DNA of 63,927 nucleotides, the filler included, from Hausera hauseri (Eukaryota), in the NCBI GenBank assembly GCA_046269625.1. It is 11 parts of 11 records of this genome, joined end to end, with 100 filler letters (N's around TTAATTAATTAA, not from the genome) between each part and the next. Parts side by side here need not be neighbours in the genome. Positions count along the whole stretch, not along the records: positions 1 to 7,151 come from JBJURY010035334.1; positions 7,252 to 12,219 come from JBJURY010375146.1; 9 more parts are not named here. One strand, given 5' to 3'. Below are positions 1 through 11,457 of this stretch, in pieces; position 1 is the stretch's first letter; each line of letters begins with the position of its first letter. The notes under the pieces are model-generated. The model had not been told where the DNA came from, did no database searches, and saw nothing but the letters and a program-made list of their open reading frames with translations. The translations under genes and the position numbers were made by a program.

Positions 1-192
1 CCTATCTATTATTTTNNNNNNNNNNNNNNNNNNNNNNNNNNNNNNNNNNNNNNNNNNNNNNNNNNNNNNNNNNNNNNNNNNNNNNNNNNNNNNNNNNNNN
101 NNNNNNNNNNNNNNNNNNNNNNNNNNNNNNNNNNNNNNNNNNNNNNNNNNNNNNNNNNNNNNNNNNNNNNNNNNNNNNNNNNNNNNNNNNNN

Positions 193-441
193 GAGGCGAT
201 GGCTGAGTCTTTTCTCTCTCCTCAAGTAATCAGGAATGGGGGAACAATGGCTATTTTCCTTCTGTTTTTTTTTCTTTTTTTTTTCTCTAGTATAAGGGAA
301 ATGTAGATTTTCTTCGAATCTCTCTCTCTCTCTCTCTTTCTTTCAAAATGATTTTCATTAACTAACTTGCAGAACTGACCCTTCTGACTCCATAGGCTGT
401 TTGTTCTGGTCACTACTCGGATTACCACTTGCAACACCCCC
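193..441 (-). repeat. Possible PPT and start of the 3' LTR of the contig A element, running into the gap
   Basis: Minus strand reads ...CTCGGGGG|TGTTGCAAG at 441-436, downstream of pol; no second LTR is available to confirm. Confidence 0.3.
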
Positions 442-1322
442 GAGGGGGGATCGTTCTTCTTCTAGCCCTCTAATAAGACACTATCTGCTTCAGCTAAAGC
501 TGATGCCCTCATATGCAACTATTTCGCTTTGCTTTATTACATGCTATATAAAACCTTGTTAAGTAAAAGAACACCATTATCCATATACGCGGGTAAATGA
601 AATTTGCAGTTTCTTTAAACTCTTTACTTAAGCTCGTTTTACAATTCTATTAATTTGGCTAACCACAGGGGGAATAAATTTCTGTCTTTTTACAATTCTA
701 TTTAAAATTAAAAGATTATAGAAAATTTTCACTTAATTATAAAACAACTGTTACATGAGTTATTATAGTTATTATTACTTCTTTATTTTAGTAGAGAAAC
801 TTTACCAGTTAATATCACCTAAATTTCAAGCACATATACGAATGAACACGCTTTGGATGCCCAAGCCGTTGGCACTTTCGTACAAAGTCTGTAGGGCTCT
901 TTTACAAACAGTACTGTAATTAAATTCACTTAGTTCCCATCTGCTCTTCACAATCATTGTTCTCGATAATTCACTGATTTACTTTTAATATCACAAGCAC
1001 CTTCCACAGTATTTTATTTTGATAAGTGTCGCACTAAATTCGAACATAACTTCCCCTCGTGGAGCCTCAAGGTCGACTGACGGGCATTTCCACGGAGTCC
1101 GAGTCTTTCACTTCGTGACCGTGTCCACTTGGTGCATCCCGGAAAAGGACAACTTGCCAAGATTTGGCAGCAACTGGGGAATGTTGGCAAGATTTCCTTT
1201 TGACTGAAACACCCAATCTTTTGAGTTGAAAGTTAGAAAGCGCTAAATTTTCGAAGAAAGACCATAGATGCCTCAATTAATGGATCTACTATCCCCCAAC
1301 TCCAGTGGTTGCACTATGAATC

Positions 1323-4300
1323 CTATAATTGGTCTATTTCTTCGACTTCCTTAGGGACTGGCGAATTTTCCTCATTTTCCTTATCGCGTTCTTCAATGAG
1401 GGAGAAATAAGGTTTGACATTAGCGATGTTCTCTGGAACTGAGTTGTTTCCTTTTCTTACGATAATGGTATTTCCTTGTCTCTCAACGACTTTGAATGGG
1501 CCGGTATAAACTGGGGCCAACTTACTACGGCCAAATTGTTGGTCTTTGACTAACACGTACGTAGCCTCTTCCAATGACTTGGGCATGAAAACATGGGGAT
1601 TTTCTGCAGTAAAATCCGGAGACAATGGTAAGGACAAGAAAGTTTTCAATTGCTGAACGTATCCCTGCGAAGGATTTATTTGCATCTTGCTATGGTCCTC
1701 CAATATAGCACCAGGCAACCTAGCCTCTTGTCCAAACATTAATAAATATGGAGAAACCCCATCTTCATCTAATGGCGCTGCCCTAAGACAAAGTAAAGCA
1801 TAAGGTAATACATGCAACCAATTAAGCTTGCCATTACCTCTACCATCCAGCAATAGAGCCCGCAACGCATTCAGAAGAGTTCGATGGGCATTTTCCAGAA
1901 GACCATTACTCCACGGCGAATTTGGACTAGTAGTATTGTGGTTTGTTCCCAGTTCTTTCATAATTTCTTCAAATAAAGCACCGGTGAATTGGCCTCCATT
2001 GTCGGACACGAATTTACGAACACAGCCCACCAAGGGTAGAAATTCGCGACAAATCTTATCGACGATAGTTCGCGCTTCAATGCTTCGCAAAGGATATGCA
2101 TAAATATAACGGCTAAACCTATCGATAAGCGTAAGAATGTACTTGTATCCATCAACGGGTGGCATCTTAACTAAATCAATGTGGACTACCTCGAATTTTA
2201 CCGAAACTGGCTGGAAAGCTTGATATGGAGGACTGATGTATCGGCTAACCTTTGCCCGCTGGCACGCGCTACATGCTCTGACCATTTCTTTCACACTTTT
2301 TTGCATATCCTTCCAAACGAAATCTTTCCTAATCCTAGTCAATGTGCGCCTACAACCAAAATGTCCCTGGTTATGGATAGCTAATGTAACAATTGACTGG
2401 AAAGCAAGTGGAACGTAAACTCGAGTAGACTTGGGGTATGATGTATCAACAAATAATTGTACCTGCTCCCCTTTATAATCAATCATTCTTTGTTCTAATT
2501 TCAAGCTAGACTTGATCTCCCCCTTTAAAATCCCTTGCAAGTACAAATCCTCACTCAACTTCTGACTCAAGGCCTTGTAATCTATGGGATCAGCTGAGGG
2601 ACGCCAGTAAATGGCTGCACTAGGGATAGTATTACAAGTATCAGGTTGTTGTTTATGGGGTATATGCGACGTAAGATTGGTTTTCCTCGAATCCTCATTC
2701 CAGATTGGGGGAATCGACGACGAATTGGACAAAGGAAGGGGCCGATCCAGAACACCGGTGCATGAGTCACTACCTGTTGTTCCTCTTACATGTAGAGGAT
2801 TAAGAGGACTTGCAATTGAGACAGTCCCTTGTGAATTATTCACATTCAAGGCCGGATCAACTTTAGGAGGTCCTTCTTGACAACCTCTGTTGGATAACTC
2901 TACTGATGGGCTATAGACTTGAATATCCAAGCCTACAACGGGTTCTGCATCGTCTGAATTTGTAGCAGGTAGTTCTGCATCTCTTGTTTGACCGGATACG
3001 CGGCTTAAGAAATCAGCCAGCATGTTTTCACCTGATTTCAGGTGTTCTACAAGAATATCAAACTCAGAAAGGTAAGCAAGATATCTCTCCTCTCGCGCAC
3101 AGAGCCGAGGACTATCTGTCTCTCTGCGCATGGCCTGTACAACAGACATATTATCGCAGAAAACACGCACCTCACGTCCGCGCAATAAATGCGAGTATTT
3201 CCTGAATGTACCAACAACTGCTAAGAGTTCTTTCGAGAAAATCGTATATGATTTTTCAGCACCCTTTAGTGTATAACTGTAGAATCCCAAAGGGGTAAAG
3301 CCTGCTTCTCTTTCAGCTAAAACTACTCCCGAGAGCGCGAAATTAGAAGCGTCAGTATATACGCGAATGTTATCATCCTCTGCAGGAAATGTGAGGGGAA
3401 TAGCCCTTTGTAAAGCTAGTTTTGCATTGTCAAAAGCTTGAATTGCCAACTCCGTCCATTTAACTTTGACCCGGGAAGGAGGACCCCCTCTAAGGAACCT
3501 CAGTAAGGGGGAAATAACGTCACCTATCCCAGCTATTGAACCCCGAAAATAGTTCAAGCTGCCAATAAACGAGCGGAGTTGCTTAATTGTCTTAGGTCTG
3601 GGGATACGAGAAATGGCTTCTACTTTGCTCGGATCAGGAGTGACAGAGTTAAATGCGACTTTATACCCTAAATATTGTACCTCATTTTGTCCTATGCGAC
3701 ATTTGTCAGCATTCAACCGAATGTTGAATTGCTGAAGTCGATAAAATATCAAGTCTAAGGTTCGCATGTGTTCCTCTTCTGTCTTAGTTGCCACCAGAAT
3801 ATCGTCTATGTAGACGAAAATATTTGGGATACGAGATAATATGAGAGTAATGTACCTCATGAAACTGGTTGGGGAAACGGTTAACCCCTCCACTATTTTA
3901 GTATAACTATAACTCCCAAAAGGAGTGTTGATAGTCAAGTATTTCTGGCAATCCTTGGCTATTGGCAAAGTGTAGAAGGCCTTTGAGATGTCCAAACAGC
4001 TGAAATATGTACACCCAAGTAAACCAATTTTGAAGTCGTCAATATTTGGTAAACTGTAATTGTCCTTGACAACTCTCTTATTCAGCAAACGAAGGTCAGA
4101 GACGATTCGGATTTTACCAGAGGCCTTTGGAACAACAGAGATAGGAAACCCCCAGTCGCTAACAGCAGGCTCCAAAACTCCCCGATCCAAGAGGCTTTTA
4201 ATCTCCTCTCTAGCTGCATTGTAATACCGGACTGGTAATCGGCGAGCTTTAATGTTGATCGGGTTTTGGGGGTGTTTCACTGAAAAGGAGTACGGCGAGC

Positions 4301-5288
4301 TCTTTGCCAGTGCCTTTAGCTCATGAGGCCGAAGACAATACTCAGAATGCACCCCTTTAGTCTTGACATCCTCCGGTATAACTAAGGTGTGAGGGAAAGG
4401 TATATCGACAGTGGTAAAGAGAAATGAGTATCGCTGTAAAAGTGATGCGTAAGCAGCTTTGTGTTGTGGTAGAGAAGGAGAAAACTGCACGTTCTCACAT
4501 CCCAATATTCCCCTTTTAACAAAGTTTTCCCTTGATTTTAAAGGTATACGCTCCTTCGAACGCTTTACAAATAAAGTACCGGTATTCAAGTTGATGGTTA
4601 AGCCATGCATACCCAGGAAGTCAACGCCTAGTATATTATGCATCACATCAGCAACTAAAAACGTGTGTACAAATTTTACTCTCTCACTCAGAACTATTTC
4701 TTTCAAAACCTTGTCATATACATTTACTCTAGTTCCATTTGCAGCAATCAGGGATCCTATAATTGCCTTATTCTTATCGGCTGATAAAGCTTTTATAATC
4801 GAGCAATGGGCTCCTGTGTCGATCATATATGAGCATAAATTCTTATAACAGTATACAAATGGGACACTGCCCCTGAGCCACGTTGATCGATCACATTTCT
4901 TGGTACAAAAATTTTTCGTTGACCGAAGGTTAGGATGCGCAGACGCAACCTTCGAACGACAATCATTCTGTACATATTTTCCCGAAGAATGATCCCCGCT
5001 CGTACCAGTTTCACTTTCTGTCAACGAAAACAAGCGAATGTGGTCCAAACGTGTCTCAGGTAATGCAGACCCCCAATTACCACTGGAATATTTATGAGAG
5101 TTTGAAACATTTCCCTCCCATCTTCTATTGCCGACAATGCGAGAGTTTACCTTACTATCTAAAACATCAGGGCTTACATGACTAACATTATTGGGACTTT
5201 TATTAAACTTTAGTCTCTGGTGCGCTGTACAATTCCGCCCAGGGGGAGAGTATCTCAACGTGACCACCTGGGCAGCTCCACGTTTCCC
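1323..5288 (-). CDS. pol: Pol polyprotein (protease, RT, RNase H, integrase), expressed by -1 frameshift from gag
   Basis: MIDTGAHCS protease, YIDDILV RT, YTDASNFA...KELLAV RNase H, HNQGHFG...CSAC zinc finger, VHIDL/SDNG/LENAH integrase triad, YTGPF motif. Confidence 0.95.
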   Translation of the reverse strand, partial: GKRGAAQVVTLRYSPPGRNCTAHQRLKFNKSPNNVSHVSPDVLDSKVNSRIVGNRRWEGNVSNSHKYSSGNWGSALPETRLDHIRLFSLTESETGTSGDHSSGKYVQNDCRSKVASAHPNLRSTKNFCTKKCDRSTWLRGSVPFVYCYKNLCSYMIDTGAHCSIIKALSADKNKAIIGSLIAANGTRVNVYDKVLKEIVLSERVKFVHTFLVADVMHNILGVDFLGMHGLTINLNTGTLFVKRSKERIPLKSRENFVKRGILGCENVQFSPSLPQHKAAYASLLQRYSFLFTTVDIPFPHTLVIPEDVKTKGVHSEYCLRPHELKALAKSSPYSFSVKHPQNPINIKARRLPVRYYNAAREEIKSLLDRGVLEPAVSDWGFPISVVPKASGKIRIVSDLRLLNKRVVKDNYSLPNIDDFKIGLLGCTYFSCLDISKAFYTLPIAKDCQKYLTINTPFGSYSYTKIVEGLTVSPTSFMRYITLILSRIPNIFVYIDDILVATKTEEEHMRTLDLIFYRLQQFNIRLNADKCRIGQNEVQYLGYKVAFNSVTPDPSKVEAISRIPRPKTIKQLRSFIGSLNYFRGSIAGIGDVISPLLRFLRGGPPSRVKVKWTELAIQAFDNAKLALQRAIPLTFPAEDDNIRVYTDASNFALSGVVLAEREAGFTPLGFYSYTLKGAEKSYTIFSKELLAVVGTFRKYSHLLRGREVRVFCDNMSVVQAMRRETDSPRLCAREERYLAYLSEFDILVEHLKSGENMLADFLSRVSGQTRDAELPATNSDDAEPVVGLDIQVYSPSVELSNRGCQEGPPKVDPALNVNNSQGTVSIASPLNPLHVRGTTGSDSCTGVLDRPLPLSNSSSIPPIWNEDSRKTNLTSHIPHKQQPDTCNTIPSAAIYWRPSADPIDYKALSQKLSEDLYLQGILKGEIKSSLKLEQRMIDYKGEQVQLFVDTSYPKSTRVYVPLAFQSIVTLAIHNQGHFGCRRTLTRIRKDFVWKDMQKSVKEMVRACSACQRAKVSRYISPPYQAFQPVSVKFEVVHIDLVKMPPVDGYKYILTLIDRFSRYIYAYPLRSIEARTIVDKICREFLPLVGCVRKFVSDNGGQFTGALFEEIMKELGTNHNTTSPNSPWSNGLLENAHRTLLNALRALLLDGRGNGKLNWLHVLPYALLCLRAAPLDEDGVSPYLLMFGQEARLPGAILEDHSKMQINPSQGYVQQLKTFLSLPLSPDFTAENPHVFMPKSLEEATYVLVKDQQFGRSKLAPVYTGPFKVVERQGNTIIVRKGNNSVPENIANVKPYFSLIEERDKENEENSPVPKEVEEIDQL
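5235..5288 (-). promoter_or_regulatory. -1 programmed ribosomal frameshift signal: G GGA AAC, 6-nt spacer, 9-bp stem
   Basis: GGGAAAC at 5288-5282 in the gag frame (P-G-N); the -1 frame reads GKRGAAQVVTLR into pol; stem CUGCCCAGG (5275-5267) pairs with CCUGGGCGG (5243-5235). Confidence 0.85.
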
Positions 5289-6871
5289 GGCTTCACAGGC
5301 TTCCTTGTAGTTCCTCTAGCCCAGTGGAAACGTTCATCTGATGCAGCAGTCGAAGTATTCTGTCGGTCTCTTAAATCATTTTCCACACCTGTTTGTCTCT
5401 TATAGGCGACAACTCCTCTGTTTACGTCCGTCCTTTGGAAATTCCATGAACAATCTGGCTTAGAACACTGTCGTGCTGAATTGCCGAAGTTAAAATGGTG
5501 CCAGCAATATGTGCACCCAAATGGTAGCGCTCCTGGAAGTCTTCCAGTTCTCACAATATCCTCTGCATGATTGTTATTCCTGGTACCAGGTCTGCGCCAA
5601 TTCCCTTCATTTTCTTTCTCTTCGTCGTTGTGTCTTTTCTTCTCCCGCGGATAAGGGTTCCCAGGCTCTTCGAAGTTCCCTAATCTTCCAGTCAATCCCC
5701 TTTGAGCTTTAACCTGTGAATTCTTCATATCCTGAAGTTCCCTTTTTACAATATCCAATTCAAGCTTCAAATTGATGAATTCTGGATCAGGCACTGACTT
5801 TGGTTCAACTGAAGAGCCGTCAATCTCCGACTTACTATGCAGGCCAGCGGTATAACCCAAAACACAATCTCCAGCTACAGAACTTGCCTGGATTTGATCG
5901 CCTCTTATTGCTAACTCTTTCAACGACGCTTCTGGAGACTGTGCAAGCGCCATGCGGAGGTTAAGAGGCAGGGCTTGTAGGAATATACCTCGGAAGATTT
6001 TACCTAACTCACTCCCCTCATTGATCTGGTAGTCATCCCCGAAGAAACTCAACATTCTATGAAGGCAGTCCGAAGCATTTTCATCTGCGAGCATCGTAAA
6101 ATTTTTGAGTTCCTCTATTTTTTGAGATGTGGAAAGAGAATATCGACGATCCAAACCTTCAAAAAGTGAATTTAAGCCTCCATCATGAGCATCTGCATCC
6201 AATCGGAAAGGTAGATCAGTCGGTAAGGAGGGTAAGAGCAACTTCATTTTTTCTCTGGCATCAACAATACCATAAAGGCGGAAAACGTAACTCACCCTCT
6301 CCTTCCATTGCAGGTAACCCCGTGGGTTTAAAAGGGGCAGGGTAACTCTATTTAGTTGACAGGAGGCTCTGGCCTCTTGGAGGTCGTGAAAATGGGAATG
6401 CACATCATTCCCGCCTTGTGAATCGACCGATGAGATCCTAGCAGAAAGGCGTGAGAGAGATCGGTGGCGGTTCCGATTTCTTCCAGCAGGAGGAGTTGTT
6501 TGATAACCTTGTCTACGACTTCTATGATACAATTCTTCTGCACTGGAAATTGAAGCATCATCATTATCCTCTCCCAAGCCGGAACTTTCATCTGAAAGGC
6601 AAAGATTCGGCCGTGAGCCCTCTCTTATGTTTCCTGCATCTGCACCACTCCACTTAGTGATCTGATAATTTTTAGAAGCTCCACTTAAATGCCTACTCTT
6701 TGCTCTAATGGGTAATGATTGCTTGGAAACATCCGAGACAGAACGACGTTGCTTCCTCCTCCCCCGGTTTAACGAGTTGTCCTCATTTTCCATCAAGGCT
6801 GAATCGGGTGGCGCATCAGGAGTATTCCTTCCCCTTTTCAACTGGGCCGCTCGTCTGGTTTGGGCAACCAT
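5255..6871 (-). CDS. gag: Gag polyprotein
   Basis: 538 aa; helical capsid-like core (FLQALPLNLRMALA); CWHHFNFGNSARQCSKPDC = Cx2Hx9Cx4C knuckle; lies upstream of pol. Confidence 0.9.
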   Translation of the reverse strand: MVAQTRRAAQLKRGRNTPDAPPDSALMENEDNSLNRGRRKQRRSVSDVSKQSLPIRAKSRHLSGASKNYQITKWSGADAGNIREGSRPNLCLSDESSGLGEDNDDASISSAEELYHRSRRQGYQTTPPAGRNRNRHRSLSRLSARISSVDSQGGNDVHSHFHDLQEARASCQLNRVTLPLLNPRGYLQWKERVSYVFRLYGIVDAREKMKLLLPSLPTDLPFRLDADAHDGGLNSLFEGLDRRYSLSTSQKIEELKNFTMLADENASDCLHRMLSFFGDDYQINEGSELGKIFRGIFLQALPLNLRMALAQSPEASLKELAIRGDQIQASSVAGDCVLGYTAGLHSKSEIDGSSVEPKSVPDPEFINLKLELDIVKRELQDMKNSQVKAQRGLTGRLGNFEEPGNPYPREKKRHNDEEKENEGNWRRPGTRNNNHAEDIVRTGRLPGALPFGCTYCWHHFNFGNSARQCSKPDCSWNFQRTDVNRGVVAYKRQTGVENDLRDRQNTSTAASDERFHWARGTTRKPVKPGNVELPRWSR

Positions 6872-7151
6872 GGTGTTACTGATTTATTAAGAGAGGAGAA
6901 TTCGAGCAGAAATAAATGCTTAGACGCACCAGAGAAAAAGAACTAAAGCTATGAATATATATATACATATATATGATGTATAAAAAAATTATCAATATCT
7001 TAATTTAATAGATTGTCGATATATCAAACTAAATCACCGATATATCGATTAACATATCACAATAACCAATTACTTGTAAGTTATCGAGAACGGTAAAAAA
7101 AATTGCAATTCAAGTAGAAAATACAGCACTTTACATCAAAAAAAAACATTA

Positions 7152-7251
7152 NNNNNNNNNNNNNNNNNNNNNNNNNNNNNNNNNNNNNNNNNNNNTTAAT
7201 TAATTAANNNNNNNNNNNNNNNNNNNNNNNNNNNNNNNNNNNNNNNNNNNN
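7152..7251. other. Artificial contig linker (44 N + TTAATTAATTAA + 44 N). Identical linkers at 12220-12319, 16455-16554, 20685-20784, 25005-25104, 29619-29718, 37828-37927, 43296-43395, 53386-53485, 59445-59544; plain N gap at 16-192
   Basis: Same 100-nt unit occurs ten times; TTAATTAATTAA gives stop codons in all six frames. Confidence 0.98.
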
Positions 7252-7284
7252 CAAGATTGTAAAATTTTAAATAAATTTAACTTG

Positions 7285-7380
7285 AAACCATTAAGAGGAA
7301 TATATCCGTAAGATTATATCACGGGAAAAACATTTGAAGATATTGATGAAATAATGCAAGAAACGCTATTACTTTAATTC
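7285..7380 (+). pseudogene. Possible tiny remnant of a Polinton-type pPolB
   Basis: Translates LRGIYP*DYITGKTFEDIDEIMQETLL, resembling the KGxFPYDY...ETxLP motif seen in the contig H pPolBs. Confidence 0.3.
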
Positions 7381-7769
7381 CTGCAAAAGAAATAAAATCC
7401 ACAAAGATTGATGAAAAATTGTTTATTATCCTTTTTTAACTTTTAAAATAACATTTTGTTAATCAATTATTAAAAAATCAATTTCTTTAAAATATCTATA
7501 TACAACTGTCCATTGCAAGACAACAAGCAAGAAACATGAATGCCTCTTCAAACTGTAAAAATATAATTCAGTAAATCACCAAATCGTGATTGTCACCAAC
7601 GCATGCATTTGCCAACAATATAAATCCATCAATTTGTATTTATGAATTAAAATTGGTATGTCTAATAATTGGCAATTGTAATTTCATTCCAATATCATCA
7701 TCAACTTTCTTAAGTAGATCACTCTTCTGCTTGCTAGGAGGGAATATTGAAAAAGTATGAAATGACGTC

Positions 7770-10427
7770 AACATTTTAATTGCCGGATATTGACGAAAAT
7801 GAAGAAACTGTTGTATCTTTTATATGGGGTACGATTCACCCCGAATCGGGAGACGAATAAAAGTGATTTGATTATCGATAACTGGTACATTCCAATGATT
7901 GAACTGTGTCCGCAAACGGCTTTAGGACAACGAGAAGCACGATCCATGATAGTAAGTGTGTTGATATCCGTGGTCGGCAGGTAGAGGACCAACTAAATCA
8001 CGATGAACTGTATGAAAGCATGATGTACAGGGAAAGTGATAAAGTGGTGGTTTAAACTGTTTGTTGATTTTGTATTTTTGACATGCTATACATTCTTTAA
8101 ACCAGTCCTGTACATCTTTGCGCATTGATGGCCATACTAAATGACATTGAAGCAGGCGAAAGTTGCCTTCGAACCTGGATGATGGAGTGAATGCGTATGA
8201 ATAAAAGCTGGCTTTTGTAAAGGTGGTGCTAGGGTGACCTTTTTATTGCCTGTATTAGACGTATCAAAAGCTATTCCATCAATGATTTCGTAGGATTTGA
8301 AAGAAATGAGTAACTCAGCAGATGGTTGATTGGCCTTTAAGACTTCAGATGAGAATATGGGCTCAACTGTAATGGATCCAACCGATCTCGATAGAAAGTC
8401 AGCTACCAAGTTATCCGTGCCTGAGATATATTCCAAAGTAAAACTTAACGTAGATAGGTATGATATATGTCTCTCTTGCCTTGGTGATGGCTCGTTTAAC
8501 GACATGATGTGCAGCAGAGGCTTATGGTCAGTTTGAATGACGAATGGACGAGAAAGAAGCAAGTGTTTGAAGTGTTTTACTGCCAGAATTATGGCGAGTA
8601 ACTCACGATTAAATGTGGAGTAACGGTTCTCGGGTTGTGTAAGTTTCCTACAATAAAATTTTAATAGCTGGTCGACGCCATTAGAGATTTGGTGTAGTAC
8701 AGCGCCAGTAGCTGTGGTTGAGGCATCGGTTGTGAGAATAAGATCTGCCTTGGGTTTTGGATAAGTTAGTATTTTTACGGTTTTAAGAAAATCGCGCAAG
8801 TGATCAAACTTGGTTACCAAATCAGGAGTCCAGTGGATCAGCTGCCTCTTTTTACAGGATGATAGACTTGAGAAAGGTGCTGTAAGCTTAGAGCAATGTG
8901 GTACGTATTTGTGGATGAAGTGGGGTGTCCCTAAGAAACTTCTCATGTCCGTGGTGGTCGTTGGTAGAGTTGTGTTCTTTAATTGTTGTAATCGATCCGG
9001 TTGTGGTGAATGGCCGTCAGAAGTGATGACGTAACCTAGGAAATTTACACGTTTCTGAAAGAAATGACATTTCTCAAAGTTGACTTGCAAATTGCTATGA
9101 TGTAATCTTTGAAAGATAATACGAAGGTGTTCTTGATGTTGTTTGACGGACGTAGAGGCAACTAATATGTCATCAATGTATGGATGAGCGAAATATAGGC
9201 CTGAAAGTACGATATTAATGTGCTGTTGAAGTTGGAAAAGCACTACGTAAACCAAATGGCATAAAGATATACTCGTAGAGGCCAAATGGAGTAATAATTG
9301 CAGTTTTCGGAATATCATCAGGTGTAACCGGAATTTTATGATATGCTTTATGCAAGTCAGTTGTGGAGTAAGTGTTAGTGTTTGTAAGACGGTGCAGAAT
9401 ATCATTTATGAGAGGTAAAGGATAAGCTTCCATGACTGTTAGATTATTCAACTGCCGATAATCACCGCATGGTCTGTATGTGCCATGTTTTTTCGTCACA
9501 ACATGCAAAGGCAAAGCCCATGGTGATTTGGAATGTCGAATAATGCCCGCCTTTTCTAGTTTATTGAACTCAGATTCAACAGCTTTTCGTCTGCGAGGTG
9601 AAAGTGGCCTTACCTTTTGTCTGATAGGTCTTTGGTGTTCGGTGACTATGTGGTGATATGTTGTAGAATGCTGTTTGAAATTGATGTCCTTCTTAAGAGT
9701 ACGGGAACGAAAAGTCTTTATGTAGGATTTGAGCTCAGAATCCAACGATAAGAATGATGATTGCATATCATTATAAGAGTCGGTTGCTGTAATCGATGTA
9801 GAATAACTAAATGCTTCATTAACGACATTTGGTTCAGCCGAATGTTTCAAAATTGATTTGTTCCCACTTGACGAGATTGAAAATATTGATGAAATGTTAA
9901 GAGTGTTGTTGTCAACCGATAAACACAATGTCAAATTGACATTTAAATGAGCAGAGGAAGACAAAGTGTCCGACTGGTAGTTTGCTGAGCATTTGGTAGA
10001 GTTTGCAAAGAACTTCCTGCGCAGGAGGCATTTATGCTTGCAATCGAATAACAAATCGTAATCAGCCAGGAAATCGGAGGCTATTATGGGCGATCTGATG
10101 TTGGCTATGTGAAATTTCCAGGTGAATTTCCCTGGTAGATTGTAAAATGTGAAAGTCAGTTCTGTGGTACCTACAATGTTCAGAGGTTGACCACAGGCAG
10201 TGAAGAGTGCAGGAGCGAAAACTGTGTTAGATGTAGGAGCGAAAGACAAAGGAAGTAGTGAAAAAGCAGCTCCTGAATCAATAAGGAAATCTGTGTGATG
10301 TGTCTCCAAATAACAGGTCAGCTTTCAACAAAAAGACTGCAGAGGCGGTGTTGAAACGGCCAGAAGATTGAGCAATGTTGCCTTCGCCAGAAGGTGTCAT
10401 ATAATCTGGCGACATTATGAGTTTTTT
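7770..10427 (-). pseudogene. pol: Frameshifted Ty3/Gypsy pol, Ubl-Gag family copy B
   Basis: LIDSGAAFS protease, [10 protein letters not shown] and YIDDILV RT, TTDASTTA RNase H, HHPG...CIAC integrase; several frameshifts; integrase truncated. Confidence 0.9.
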
Positions 10428-11457
10428 GGAGGATTTGGAGGAAAGGAAGAAGAGGAAAAAAAGCTAGGAGATTTTGCATTGTAATGTCTACAACCAGGCA
10501 CACATGATCTGGCCTGTGACTGATATTTGTTGTGGTATATACAAATAGGGTTGTTTACAGCGTATCGCTCACTAAAGAATAGACAGTCCAAGAAACATTT
10601 CCTTACTTCCTTTCGAAAACGCGTGTGGTAAAAACAAGTCACGCGTCCGCCAGGTGAAATAGACCGAGAAGAGTGCATTGAAGTGCCTCGCTCCCGTGAA
10701 CGTCTGGTTTCACTTCGTCGAGGTCCATTAAGATTACTTAGTTGGGTTGTAATGGCCAAAACTGATTGTTGTAGCATGTCAAACTGTTGCTGCATCACTT
10801 GCAACTGTTGAGTAAAGAATGTTGCATGTGTAGTTGGAGCACATGTGGTTGCAGCAGCAACAGGGAGAAAACTGTTAGTACGAAGAATCTCATAGGATTT
10901 GTCAGCCATTATTGCTAGTTTTTCAATAGCAGTGGATTCGTCGACAACAGTTAGTAAGGCTCTGATTGAATTGGGCAGAGACGATAAGAAATAACGGCGA
11001 ATTAAATCCGCGTTATTCGTAGGGGTCACTCCAAGCTCGCTGAGCTGCAGAATGGCCATTTGCAGAAAGTCGGATGGCTTTTGGTTTCCAATTGCGTGGT
11101 CATTAAAATACTTTTGTATTATGTTGTCAATCGATAGATCCGTGACATGCAGTACAGCTTCGCAGAGTGTCTCGTAAGGCGTCGAGGACTATAGCAGCTC
11201 GGAGATATTATTAATCTGCTGCTTGACGTTGGCAGGCGGAAGAATTAAAAGGCTATTGGCTCGCAAAAAAGAGTCTGTTATATTGTTCGATTTTAGCCAC
11301 TGTTGATGGAATTGGAGCCATGGTTTGCTGGAGTTGTTTTTATCGAGGAAGAATTTACCAAAAGGTAAGTGTAATGAACCTCGTGACTGTTGGGAGTGTG
11401 GCAAACGTTGCCCGTATTTGTGAATTTGTCATCCGAGCAGGATGGATTTGGATCCGA
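10415..11457 (-). pseudogene. gag: Gag with tandem CHCC knuckles, copy B
   Basis: RYFLSSLPNSIRALLTVVDES; CFYHTRFRKEVRKCFLDC and CIYHNKYQSQARSCVPGC; interrupted by stops and frameshifts. Confidence 0.85.

Larger units (their letters stand above)
193..6871 (-). mobile_element. Ty3/Gypsy LTR retrotransposon, CsRN1/Kabuki-like, with intact gag and pol
   Basis: Uninterrupted gag and pol ORFs, PR-RT-RH-IN order, CHCC-type Gag knuckle. Confidence 0.9.

Noticed and set aside
260-345. Poly-T and (CT)n tracts; also (GT)n near 40870
   Set aside because: Simple repeats with no evident function; ORF 222-437 is a by-product of them
1828-6890. Numerous short antisense and alternate-frame ORFs over gag/pol, SET and pPolB
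   Set aside because: Shadow ORFs of longer coding sequences with no recognisable motifs
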